Source of the DNA: an uncultured bacterium
GTDB lineage: Bacteria; Eisenbacteria; RBG-16-71-46; CAIMUX01; VGJL01
Assembly (NCBI GenBank): GCA_964575675.1
Contig: CAZNRY010000005.1
Location: forward strand, 1 to 45,953
Reading direction: 5' to 3'
DNA length: 45,953 bases
Notes under the pieces: model-generated
The model's input: only the letters and a program-made list of their open reading frames with translations
Databases searched by the model: none
What the model was told of the DNA's origin: nothing
Program-made: the position numbers and the translations under genes
Part shown: piece by piece, positions 9,723 through 19,400 of the stretch
Layout: every line of letters starts with the position of its first letter
Position numbering within the stretch: the first letter of the stretch is position 1

Positions 9723-10871
9723 ATGAAGGTCGTCATCGTGACAGCGTTCCCCGACGATCCGAGCCGCATCTCGAGCGGACCGGCTGGCGTCGGTGTCACA
9801 TTGTCGGGGGCTCTAGCATCGATCCCGGGCCTCGATCTCGAGCTTGTCGTGCCCGGCTCGTCGCTTCCTGAAGAGACAATCCGCGAGGTCGCCGGCCTGA
9901 GAGTGCACTATTTGCCGCGGAAGGGCCCCATCCACCCTGCGGTGGGCTACCTTTGGACCTCGCCCCGCCAGATCGCGCGCAAGCTTGCGGAGATCGATCA
10001 CGATCTCGTGCATGTTCAGAACTGGGCGAGCTTCCTTCCGCGCTCTCGCGAACCGGCACTCCTCACGATTCACGGGATCCTCGAGCGGGACATTCTCTAC
10101 CGCGGCCGCTTCCGGTGGCTGCGCTCGCAAGTCATGAGGCAGGTTGAGATGCGGGCCCGCGGGCGCGCCGCCTATGTGATCGTCGTGAGCCCGTACGTCC
10201 GCCGTTGTCTGGGGAGTCAGATCCACGGACGCGCGTGGGACATCGACAATCCGGTCGGGGACCGATTCTTCGAGGTGGAACGCCGGCCGGTGCGCAGCCG
10301 CATTCTGTTTGCGGGCCGGATGACGCCGCTCAAGAACGTGCTGGGTCTGATCGATGCCTTCGCCCTGCACGCGGCAGACGACCCGCAGGCCGAACTCCGT
10401 CTGGCCGGAGGGGACGGCGGGACCGGATACTCGGCGGAATGCGCCCGCCTCGCGGCAACCCTCGGGGTCACTGGCCGCGTCAAGTTCCTGGGCCTGACCG
10501 GCGCCGAGCAGATGACGCACGAGTACTCGCGGGCATCGTGCCTCGCCCTCTGCTCCTTCCAGGAGAACGCCCCGGTCGTGATCGGCGAGGCGATGGCTGC
10601 CGGGGTCCCGGTCGTGGCCTCGATGGTCGGCGGCATCCCGTCGATGGTGGAGGATGGACAGACGGGACGGCTCGTCGATCCGCGCGATCACCTGGGGATC
10701 GCCCGCGCCATCGCTGACGTGTTGGCGCCAGGCCGGGGCGAGATGATGTCGTCCCGGGCGCGGGAGATCGCGGGCGAGCGGTTCCGCCCCGCGGTCGTCG
10801 CGCGCAGGACCTTCGATGTCTATCGGGAGATCCTCGAAGAGTCGGGCGCCCGCGGAACCGGAGCGCGCTGA
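9723..10871 (+). CDS. Glycosyltransferase family 4 (GT-B)
   Basis: ILFAGRMTPLKN, ENAPVVIGEAMAAGVPVVAS (Ex7E motif); start reset to ATG 9723. Confidence 0.9.
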   Translation: MKVVIVTAFPDDPSRISSGPAGVGVTLSGALASIPGLDLELVVPGSSLPEETIREVAGLRVHYLPRKGPIHPAVGYLWTSPRQIARKLAEIDHDLVHVQNWASFLPRSREPALLTIHGILERDILYRGRFRWLRSQVMRQVEMRARGRAAYVIVVSPYVRRCLGSQIHGRAWDIDNPVGDRFFEVERRPVRSRILFAGRMTPLKNVLGLIDAFALHAADDPQAELRLAGGDGGTGYSAECARLAATLGVTGRVKFLGLTGAEQMTHEYSRASCLALCSFQENAPVVIGEAMAAGVPVVASMVGGIPSMVEDGQTGRLVDPRDHLGIARAIADVLAPGRGEMMSSRAREIAGERFRPAVVARRTFDVYREILEESGARGTGAR

Positions 10872-10893
10872 CCATGAAGGCAGCGGACGGCAG

Positions 10894-11979
10894 ATGATGC
10901 AGCAGGCGCGCAACACGAGCCGTTGGATGGCCGCGGGAATCGCGGGCAGCCTCGGTTTCACCGCGCGGCACGCGCGTCGGCGAAGACTCGCAGGCCGATG
11001 GGGGATCATCCTGGGCTATCACCGGGTGATCCCGCCAGATGAGACCGGCTCCCTTTACCGGATGGGAATGAGCGCGGGTCTGTTCGAGGCACAGATCCGC
11101 TGGCTCGCGGCCAGCCACCGCATCGTCTCGATGGAGGAGTTCCTCACGTGGCGCGCCTCGGACCGCACGCCTCCCGAGGACATCGTCGTTCTCACCTTCG
11201 ACGACGGTTATCGCGATAACCTGACCCACGCCGCCCCCATTCTGAAGGGACTGGGGATTCCCGCCCTCTTCTACGTCACATCCTCGGGCCTGACCGAGAG
11301 GATGCCGTACTGGCCAGAGGTGCTGGGACAGATGATCCTGTTGACCCAAGCTCGATCGGTCAGTTTCGGGATCGACCCGGAAGCCCCGGGGATCGGAGCG
11401 ATCGAGTACCCGCTCGCCACGCCGGCGCAGCGATCTTGCTCCTGCCTCCGCATGATCGCGGACCTGCGCAAGCTTCCAACGGCAGGCATCGCGAAAGCGA
11501 TCGGAACCATCGCCGCGCGGCTCGGCGTCGACCCCGCGGTCGCGCGGAAGAGGACGCCCCGCCTTCTCGATGCCGATGACGTCCGCTCCCTCGCCTCCGA
11601 TGGGTTCACGATCGGTTCACACTCCGTGACCCACCCCTTTCTCCCCTCGGAAGAGATCGAGACCCAGCGCCGCGAGATCGTGGAATCGAAGCGGGCCATC
11701 GAGAGTGCGACTCAATCGCCCGTCGTCGATTTCTGCTATCCCGGCGGAGGCCACGACGAGCGGACGCGATCCCTGGTTCGCGAGGCGGGGTACCGATCGG
11801 CCGTGACGTGGGAGCCCGGCGTGGCCGGTCCCGCGGACGACCCCTACGCGTTGCCCCGCAAGGGAATCGGCCCGGCCCTGGCTTCCGGACCCGCCGGGGG
11901 CTTCTCGCCGTCGATGATGGAAGGGGAGATCACAGGGTTGATCTCGCACCTGATGCGCGGGAAGCGCCGGCGGCGTTGA
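10894..11979 (+). CDS. Polysaccharide deacetylase (CE4/NodB domain)
   Basis: ILGYHRV, LTFDDGYRDN, IGSHSVTHP, FCYPGG motifs. Confidence 0.9.
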   Translation: MMQQARNTSRWMAAGIAGSLGFTARHARRRRLAGRWGIILGYHRVIPPDETGSLYRMGMSAGLFEAQIRWLAASHRIVSMEEFLTWRASDRTPPEDIVVLTFDDGYRDNLTHAAPILKGLGIPALFYVTSSGLTERMPYWPEVLGQMILLTQARSVSFGIDPEAPGIGAIEYPLATPAQRSCSCLRMIADLRKLPTAGIAKAIGTIAARLGVDPAVARKRTPRLLDADDVRSLASDGFTIGSHSVTHPFLPSEEIETQRREIVESKRAIESATQSPVVDFCYPGGGHDERTRSLVREAGYRSAVTWEPGVAGPADDPYALPRKGIGPALASGPAGGFSPSMMEGEITGLISHLMRGKRRRR

Positions 11980-12155
11980 GATCTCGAGATCTCAGGAACC
12001 CTCTGCAGCTTTGGCCCCCTGATGACGATACGATAGTGGGTTCCTTTTCACCCGTTCGCCGTCGAGAGACGGAAACGGACCGAACCGATGGGGGCCCTTG
12101 GGGTAAGCAGGAAACGGCGGCGCGGAACCAAAGACCGAAGAATCGGGGGACGCAC

Positions 12156-14624
12156 ATGACCATCGCCCGGAAGGATCCGGCATCCCACGGCCCAGCCAAG
12201 CATTCCATTCGCGCGGGATTCCGCGGGTTGCTCCCGCCCGGCATCCTGCCGGGTATCGTGCCGATCCTTCTCCCGCTCCTCCTTCTCATGCCGGGTACGG
12301 CGGATGCGACGGGCGCGGTTGATCTATCGAGCCTGCCCGCTCATCCCAGGTACTTCCTGACCGAGGCCATCCTGCCGACGATTCGCGCCGAGATCGCTTC
12401 GGGCCACAAGGCGACGATGTACAACGAGGTCAAGAGCCGTGCGAACGGTTACCTGGCCGCATCTCCATCCGTCAACATCTACGCGGTCATGACCCTGGCC
12501 CTCGTCGGAAAGGTCGAGTCGAACGCGACTTACACGCAGAAGGCGATAGACTTCTTCATGTACGCGGTCAACGGCGGTTCCTGGGACAAGAAGATCATCG
12601 AATGGCCGCTGGCCTACGACTGGCTGTATCAGAACCTCACCCCGACCCAGAGGACCGCCGCCCGGGCCCTCGCGCTCCCCCTCTACACGCTGGGCGAACA
12701 GAGGACGGTCTACTACAACCTCGAGGCGCTGTATGCCACGACGCACGGTTTGGCCGGCTTGGCATTCTTCGGAGAAGGATCCGCCTCCGAGAACCAGAAG
12801 TGCCAGGACCTCGTGGACGAGTGGGACGGACGGATGCGCGGCGTGCGGCAGTACTCCTATCCTGCCGGCGCCGCGGCGTCGAAGGGCGGAGTTTTGCCGA
12901 CGAGGCAGCTCTACTTCCCCGACGGCGGGTACTACAAGGGGATGGAGTACACGCAGATCGACATGGAGGGGATCGCATTCTACCTGGCGCTCTTCGAGGA
13001 CCTGGGTCTCGGCGACCACTGGGACGTGGCGGGCTCGTACATCGACAACTGGCCCCCGTACCTTCTCTACATCACGCGGCCTGACGGGTTCAGTCAGCGT
13101 CTCATGACCGGTACGACGTTCGGCATCATCGCCCGCGGCTACCAGTCGCTCGCGCTCATCGCCTCCCATCGCGGAAACGGCTACGCCGCGTGGCTCGTCG
13201 ACAACGCCTTCTGGGCCAGCTCGCAGGGAGGTTACGAGTGGGCGATCATGTGCGCGGTCTGGCGGACCAGCGTCCCCCAGACCGCCCCGACGACGCTCCC
13301 GCTCGCCAAGCTCTACGGCGCGGACGGCAAGGACAACGTCGCTGGCACGAGCTGGAGCGAGAAGGTAATCCTCCGCTCCGGCTGGAACATGAACGGGGCG
13401 AATGACGACTCGTACTTCACCCTGCACGCGGGGGGATACTTCGGCGATTACTGGAACTTCTACCAGCTCGCCTTCGAGATCTACTACAGGGGCGCCCTCG
13501 CCATTCGCTCCGGCTACTACAAGAGCGGCGACGCATTCCTGAAGAACTACAACTCGCGCGCGATGGCGGCGAACTGCGTGGTCGTCCTCGACGAGCAACA
13601 GGCGAACTTGAGCGACCGGTGGGGGCAGGATTACCTCTACTCCTCCCCGGGTCCAGGAGCGCCGCAGCACATCTACGACGTCGGCGACGACAATGTGTAC
13701 GACACGGCCGACATCCTCTTCTTCGAGGAGAGAGTCCTCGAGGACGGAAGCAGAAGCTACTACGTGAAGGCCGCGTCGAACTCGGCGGGCGCCTACGATT
13801 ACACGAACGCGACCCGCCGCGTCTCGCTCCAAACACGGGAGGTCGCCGCGCTCGGCCGCTACTATGTCATTCGCGACAAGGTGATCCAGGACGGCGACAA
13901 CAACAGCGTCCGTTTCCTCCTCCACACGATCAACAAGCCGGTAGTCGAGGCATCCGCGACGAGCACGCCGGTCGCCAACCACATCGTCCTCTACCCGCGC
14001 GCGCGCTATTCCGCGGTACGCAGCGAGCTGCTGGCCAGGGAGGGCGGTCTTCCGTCGATTCAGTACGCTGGCAAGATCTGGTGCGTCCCGGTTCTGCCGC
14101 AGAACGCGACGCTCCGGATGGTCGGAGGGACGGGCTACGAGTTCTGGGTCGATGACGGCTCCGGCGCGGGCGTCAACACGCCGATCGAGGGGTCCTACTT
14201 CCAGAACCCGGCCGACTTCACGAACGCGAACGAAGCAGGACAGTGGCGCATGGAGACGATCGCCCCTCCCGCCGGGACCGTCGATTTCGTCCACGCGATC
14301 TACGCCGGCCCGACATCCGGGACCATGCCCGAAGTCCGTCCGATCGACGAACCGGCCGCGGTGGGGTGCGAGATCGCCGGGCAGGGTGTCTTCATCTTCG
14401 GGCGCAGCGAGCAGGGCGAAACGGGAATTGACTACCAGATCACGGGCGAGATGTTGAACGCCCCGCAGATGATCGAGGGACTCAAGCCGGAGGTCGAGTA
14501 CGCCGTCCGAATCGGCCCGAACGAACCGTTTGCCGCAAGGTCGAGCGCGTCCGGAGGGATCTCATTCCGCGCGAGCGGCCCGGCGAGCGTGGAGATCAGC
14601 CCGGCGGGCATGGCGGCGCGGTAG
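12156..14624 (+). CDS. Secreted heparinase II/III-like (alpha/alpha + beta-sandwich) polysaccharide lyase homolog
   Basis: Signal peptide; HPRYFLT, LAYDWLYQNLT, GGYYKGMEY, LRSGW, AFEIYYRGALAI, FLLHTINKP, GGTGYEFWVD, EAGQWRME resemble heparinase II-type proteins; ATG 12156 after GGGGA. Confidence 0.65.
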   Translation: MTIARKDPASHGPAKHSIRAGFRGLLPPGILPGIVPILLPLLLLMPGTADATGAVDLSSLPAHPRYFLTEAILPTIRAEIASGHKATMYNEVKSRANGYLAASPSVNIYAVMTLALVGKVESNATYTQKAIDFFMYAVNGGSWDKKIIEWPLAYDWLYQNLTPTQRTAARALALPLYTLGEQRTVYYNLEALYATTHGLAGLAFFGEGSASENQKCQDLVDEWDGRMRGVRQYSYPAGAAASKGGVLPTRQLYFPDGGYYKGMEYTQIDMEGIAFYLALFEDLGLGDHWDVAGSYIDNWPPYLLYITRPDGFSQRLMTGTTFGIIARGYQSLALIASHRGNGYAAWLVDNAFWASSQGGYEWAIMCAVWRTSVPQTAPTTLPLAKLYGADGKDNVAGTSWSEKVILRSGWNMNGANDDSYFTLHAGGYFGDYWNFYQLAFEIYYRGALAIRSGYYKSGDAFLKNYNSRAMAANCVVVLDEQQANLSDRWGQDYLYSSPGPGAPQHIYDVGDDNVYDTADILFFEERVLEDGSRSYYVKAASNSAGAYDYTNATRRVSLQTREVAALGRYYVIRDKVIQDGDNNSVRFLLHTINKPVVEASATSTPVANHIVLYPRARYSAVRSELLAREGGLPSIQYAGKIWCVPVLPQNATLRMVGGTGYEFWVDDGSGAGVNTPIEGSYFQNPADFTNANEAGQWRMETIAPPAGTVDFVHAIYAGPTSGTMPEVRPIDEPAAVGCEIAGQGVFIFGRSEQGETGIDYQITGEMLNAPQMIEGLKPEVEYAVRIGPNEPFAARSSASGGISFRASGPASVEISPAGMAAR

Positions 14625-14649
14625 ACCCCGGGCCGGGTCGCGCAACGGT

Positions 14650-14825
14650 TCGTGCGGCGGGATGACGGGATCGGACCTGCAGGGGCTGCTCGCCGCGCGG
14701 ATCAGACGTTCCACCCAGTCAGGCGGTAGACGCGCGAAGCGAGCCGCAGGCGCGAGCCAGATTCGTCGAGCATCTCCATGCGAGCGCCGGTCCGAAAGGT
14801 CCGATCCCGTCATCCCGCCGCACGA
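14650..14825. repeat. 176-bp element with perfect 29-bp terminal inverted repeats (MITE/REP-like or long hairpin)
   Basis: TCGTGCGGCGGGATGACGGGATCGGACCT (14650-14678) and its exact reverse complement (14797-14825), between convergent genes. Confidence 0.85.
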
Positions 14826-14831
14826 CCCAGC

Positions 14832-16049
14832 CTACTTCACCAGCGCCGCCTCGATGCATCCCCGCATCGCCTCATACTGCTTGTCGCGGTCGAACTCTAC
14901 CTCGGCCATCCGCCGCGCGTTCGCTCCCATGTCCCGCAGCCGATCGCGATCTCCGGCCATGCGGGCGATCTGGGCCGCGAATTCCGCGGGATCATCCGTC
15001 TCGGCCGCGACGCCCGCGTCGTAGCGGCGCAGGAGATCGGCCTTCCAACCGCCGTAGTTCATCAGGCACGGCAGGCCCGCGGCGGCGTAGTCGAAGAACT
15101 TGTTCGCCGAGTTCATCTCGAGGATTGGAAGCCGCTTGATCAACATCAATCCCAAGTCCGCCGCTGCGAGCCACTCCGGCATCTCCGTCTTCGGCACGGG
15201 CCCCAGGAAGCGGAGATTGCCGATCTTCTCGTCGCGCGCCCGCTCCTCCAGCCGCCGCCTCTGTCCTCCCTCGCCAACGAGGTAGACCACGGCGTTCGGC
15301 AGAAGCTCTGCGAGCCGCTCGCAAACCGGAAGAACGAAGTCGAGGCCGTTGACGATCCCCATGGCGCCGGTGTGCACGATGAGGAAGCCGGCGTCGATTC
15401 CAAGCCTACGGCGAAGCCCGCTTCCGTCGACGCCGGGATGAAAGAGATCGAGGTCGGAACCGTTGGGTATCACGACGACGCGCTCGGGCGCGATCCCGTA
15501 GCGGAGGATCCCCTCCCTCATCCCAGGTGAGAGAGCGATGATGCGCGCACTTTTCCTGTAGGCCGCGCGAGCGAGCCCCTTTGCGGCGGCAAGCAGCGCC
15601 GGATTGCGCAAGATGCCCATCCCCTCCGGGACCTCGGGCCAGAGATCGCGCACCTCGAACACGAGCGGGATCCTCCGGAAGATCCGCCCGGCGAGCGCGG
15701 GCAGCGCCACGGTGAGGGGCGTGCTGCTCGCGTAGATCAGGTCCGGCCGGGGCGCAGCAAGGATCCCGATCGTTGATCGCGTCGCGAAGCGGAGGAACTC
15801 GACAACCCGCCGCGCGAATCCCATTCGATTGCTGTAGGACGAAGGGACAGCCCAAACCCTGATTCCATCGATCTCCGCCTCGATCAGTCCCTTCCGCCGC
15901 GGCCCGCTGAGGCCGGGCAACCGCGCCGTCGAGGTGATGACCAAGACGTCGTGACCGTCTTCGCGCAGGCGGCGGGCGAACTCGTACGACCGGGTGCTCC
16001 CGGATCCATCGCGCGTCTTGAAATACTGGTAGAGATAGACGATCCGCAT
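14832..16049 (-). CDS. Glycosyltransferase family 4 (WbuB-like)
   Basis: MRIVYLYQYF, TRSYEFARRL, FEVRDLWPE, IPNGSD, SANKFFDYAAAGLP; start reset to ATG 16049. Confidence 0.9.
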   Translation of the reverse strand: MRIVYLYQYFKTRDGSGSTRSYEFARRLREDGHDVLVITSTARLPGLSGPRRKGLIEAEIDGIRVWAVPSSYSNRMGFARRVVEFLRFATRSTIGILAAPRPDLIYASSTPLTVALPALAGRIFRRIPLVFEVRDLWPEVPEGMGILRNPALLAAAKGLARAAYRKSARIIALSPGMREGILRYGIAPERVVVIPNGSDLDLFHPGVDGSGLRRRLGIDAGFLIVHTGAMGIVNGLDFVLPVCERLAELLPNAVVYLVGEGGQRRRLEERARDEKIGNLRFLGPVPKTEMPEWLAAADLGLMLIKRLPILEMNSANKFFDYAAAGLPCLMNYGGWKADLLRRYDAGVAAETDDPAEFAAQIARMAGDRDRLRDMGANARRMAEVEFDRDKQYEAMRGCIEAALVK

Positions 16050-16342
16050 TGGGCTCCCGTCTTCCAGAGACACGGCCAGGGAACCATCCGCCGGGCGCGC
16101 ACGTCGATCGAGCGCACGCTGCCCCGACTGCTCCACGCTTCGCTAACTGATCTTGCGATCAACTTTTCCAAATGCTCGAACTGCATTCTGCGCTCCCGAT
16201 CTCTCGATTCGCAATGACCGTCCGCCGTAGCGGGTGAAGCAGGCCTTCCCGGGGGGTGCCGGGCAGCACCCGAAGGACCCACAACACATTATAAATACGC
16301 TAGTTAGAAAGATCTCGTCGAACCCTCATTTGCCGCATCCGT

Positions 16343-16357
16343 TGGCTTCCGGCTTGC
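16343..16357 (+). promoter_or_regulatory. Candidate sigma-54 (-24/-12) promoter for the Fn3-repeat gene
   Basis: TGGC-TTCCGGC-TTGC (GG-N10-GC), about 75 nt upstream of the putative translation start, with an AT-rich tract at 16281-16310 upstream. Confidence 0.35.
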
Positions 16358-16443
16358 CTTGGTTTCCACACGGCGAATTGGCCGGCTGGCACCACGCGCC
16401 ACACCGCCTCGGCTGCAAACCGACGGCTTCATGAGGAGGATCT

Positions 16444-19400
16444 ACGGCGAACCGGTTCGCTCTCATCGTTGCTCTTGCAGCCTCCGGGATCCTGTCCGGC
16501 TCATCATCCGCCGCAGTGAATCACCTGGTCTACGGCCTGACGCCGCCGGGGGGATTCGACGTTCGACGGGACGGGCAGGCGATCGAGCAGGGACTTCAGT
16601 CGAGCGCGATCGGATCGCTCGCTTTCGCGGTCGACGGCGGCGGTTCGTTCGAGATCCTGTCTACTGATCCGTCCAATCCACCTCCCGCCCCCGCAACCGA
16701 TCTCTCGGCCGGATCGGCGACGCTGACCGGCATCACGCTGACCTGGACCGCCCTCGGCGCGGACGGAAGCGTGGGACAGGCGTCGGTCTATGACATCCGC
16801 TACGCGACGGCGGCAATCACGACGTTGAACTGGAACGCGGCCGTGCAGGTCCAGGGGGAGAGCGCGCCGAAACCTGCCGGGCAGGCCGAGAGCTTCACGG
16901 TGGGCAACCTCACAGCCGGGACGGTCTACTACTTCGCGCTGAAGATCGGCGATGAGATTCCATACTGGAGCGGGCTCTCGAACGTCGCCTCGGCGACCAC
17001 GCTTCCCCCGCCCGACGCCACTCCTCCGGCCGCGGTGACGAATCTCGCCGGCGGCTCGCCGAGCCAGACATCGATTCTGCTGACCTGGACCGCGGTCGGG
17101 GACGACGGCGCATCGGGTCGAGCGGCCCTCTACGACATTCGCTATGCAGCGGCGCCGATCACGGGCGCGAGCTGGGGTTCGGCGGCGCAGGTTCAGGGCG
17201 AACCGCCGCCGAAAACCGCGGGGCAACTCGAGAGCCTCGCGATCTCGGGCCTGACGGCGGGTACGACCTACTACTTCGCACTGAAGACGGCTGATGAGAT
17301 CCCCAACTGGAGCGCGATGTCCAACGTCCCCTCGGCCACGACACTTCCTCCTCCGGATACGACCGCCCCGGCCGCGGTGACGAATCTCGCCGCGGGCTCT
17401 CCGACCACGGACGGCATCAGGCTGACGTGGACGGCGGTCGGAGACGACGGCTTGACCGGACGAGCGGCGGCTTACGACATCCGGTATGCAGCTTCGGCGA
17501 TCACGGACGCAACGTGGGGATCGGCGGCCCAGGTCGCGAACGAGCCCGCGCCCGCAATGACGGGACAAGCGCAGGTCTACACGGTGGCCGGTCTCGCGCC
17601 GGGGGTGGTCTACCACTTCGCGATGAAGGTGGGGGACGAAGTTCCCAACTGGGGCGCGATCTCGAACAGCGCCTCGGCGGCGACGCTGCCTCCGGATGCG
17701 ATCCCCCCGGGATCGGTCACGACCCTCGAGACGGAGAGTTCCACTCCGAGCGCAATCACGCTCGCATGGATCGCGGTCGGAGACGACGGCTCGTCGGGTC
17801 AAGCCTCGGTCTACGATCTCCGCCATTCGACCTCGCCGATCACCGCCGAGAACTGGGGTTCCGCCACGCAGGTCGCAGGGGAGCCGAGCCCTAAACCGCC
17901 GGGGCAGGCCGAGAGCTTCAGCCTGGGCGACCTCCTCCCCGACGAACGGTACTTCTTCGCACTCAAGGTCCGGGACGAGGCGATGAACTGGAGCGAGCTG
18001 TCCAACATCGCCACGGTGAAGACCCTTCCGGCGCCGGACACCGCGCCCCCGCAACCGATCGTCGATCACAGGGCCGGCGGCTTGGGACACCGCAGCATCG
18101 AGGTCATCTGGACGGCGCCGAGCGACGACAGTCTCTCCGAGCGGGTTACGTCCTATGAAGGGCGATACACGACGGGCCCGCTCACGGCCTCCTCGTGGTC
18201 AACCGCAACGCCCATCTCGGGCCTCCCCGATCCCGCCCTGCCCGGAGAGACGGATAGGATCCTCCTCGGCGGACTGGCGCCTGCGACCGCCTACACGATC
18301 GGAATTCGCGCCCGAGACGAGATCGGCCATCTCGCCGATCTGGGGACCGTCCTGGGGGTTGGGACGACGTCCGCGCCGGATACGATTCCGCCGGACCGCG
18401 TCGTCGATTTGAGTGTCGTCGGCCGGACGATCTCATCGATCACGATCAGCTGGCACGCCCCCTCGGACAACGTCCCCGATGATTGCGTCGATACCCCGGA
18501 GGTCAGCCGCTACGAGATCCGGTTCGCCACGACGTCTCTGGCGGATGGCGGGTGGGATGCTGGGACGCCGATCGCGGGACCGCCCCCCGAATCGCCCGGC
18601 ATGCCGCAGGAGCTCACGATCTCGGGACTCGCGCCCGCGACCCGGTACTTCATCGCGCTCCGTTCCTGTGATCCCCGCGACCAGTGCTCGGAAACCTCGA
18701 ACCAGGTCGAGCATGCGACGGCGGATCCCGAACCCCTCCCCGATACAGACCCGCCCGGTCCCCCCGCCAACCTCGTCGCTGCCGCGCAGGATACACAATC
18801 GATCCGCCTCGCGTGGATCGCTCCCGGCGGCGACGGCGGACAGGGGAAGGCCGATCACTACGACATCCGCCGTTTTGCACAGCCGTTGACCCTCGAGACG
18901 TGGGATGAAGCGATCCTCGTCACGGTCGACAAACCGTGCGGAGATGCAGGGTCCGCCGAGAGTCATCTGGTCGACCACCTGTCGCCGGCCACGGTCTATC
19001 ACTTCGCGCTGCGCGCGATCGACGCGGCCGGAAATCTAGGACAGATCTCCGCCTCGGTTTCGGACACGACCAGCGCGCCACCGGACCCGATCGACAGAAC
19101 GCCCCCGGGCGCCGTCGCGGACCTCCGCGCCGCCGATGCAGACACCGGCTCGGTTCTCCTCGAGTGGACGACCCCCGGTGATGATCGGGGCCCGTGCGCT
19201 TCCTACGAGCTGCGCTTCTCGAAGACGCCGATCGATTCAGCCGTGTGGGAGGGCGCCACCGTGGCCGGCGACACGCCGTCCCCGGGCTCGCCCGGATCTT
19301 CCGTTTCGCACCGCGTCTCGGGGCTGTCCTCCGCGACGACGTACTACTTCGCCCTCCGCGCGTTCGATGACGCCGGAAACCCGTCGCCGATTTCGAATGT

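Noticed and set aside
11808-12155. N-terminal extension of the heparinase-like ORF
   Set aside because: Overlaps the deacetylase; the signal peptide follows ATG 12156.
14722-14733. GGCGGTAG ops/JUMPstart-like octamer
   Set aside because: Lies between convergent gene ends rather than in an operon leader, lacks the downstream TG, and is likely chance in GC-rich DNA.
14650-14825. Inverted-repeat element as an integron attC site
   Set aside because: No properly placed RYYYAAC/GTTRRRY boxes or extrahelical bases; single copy in the window.
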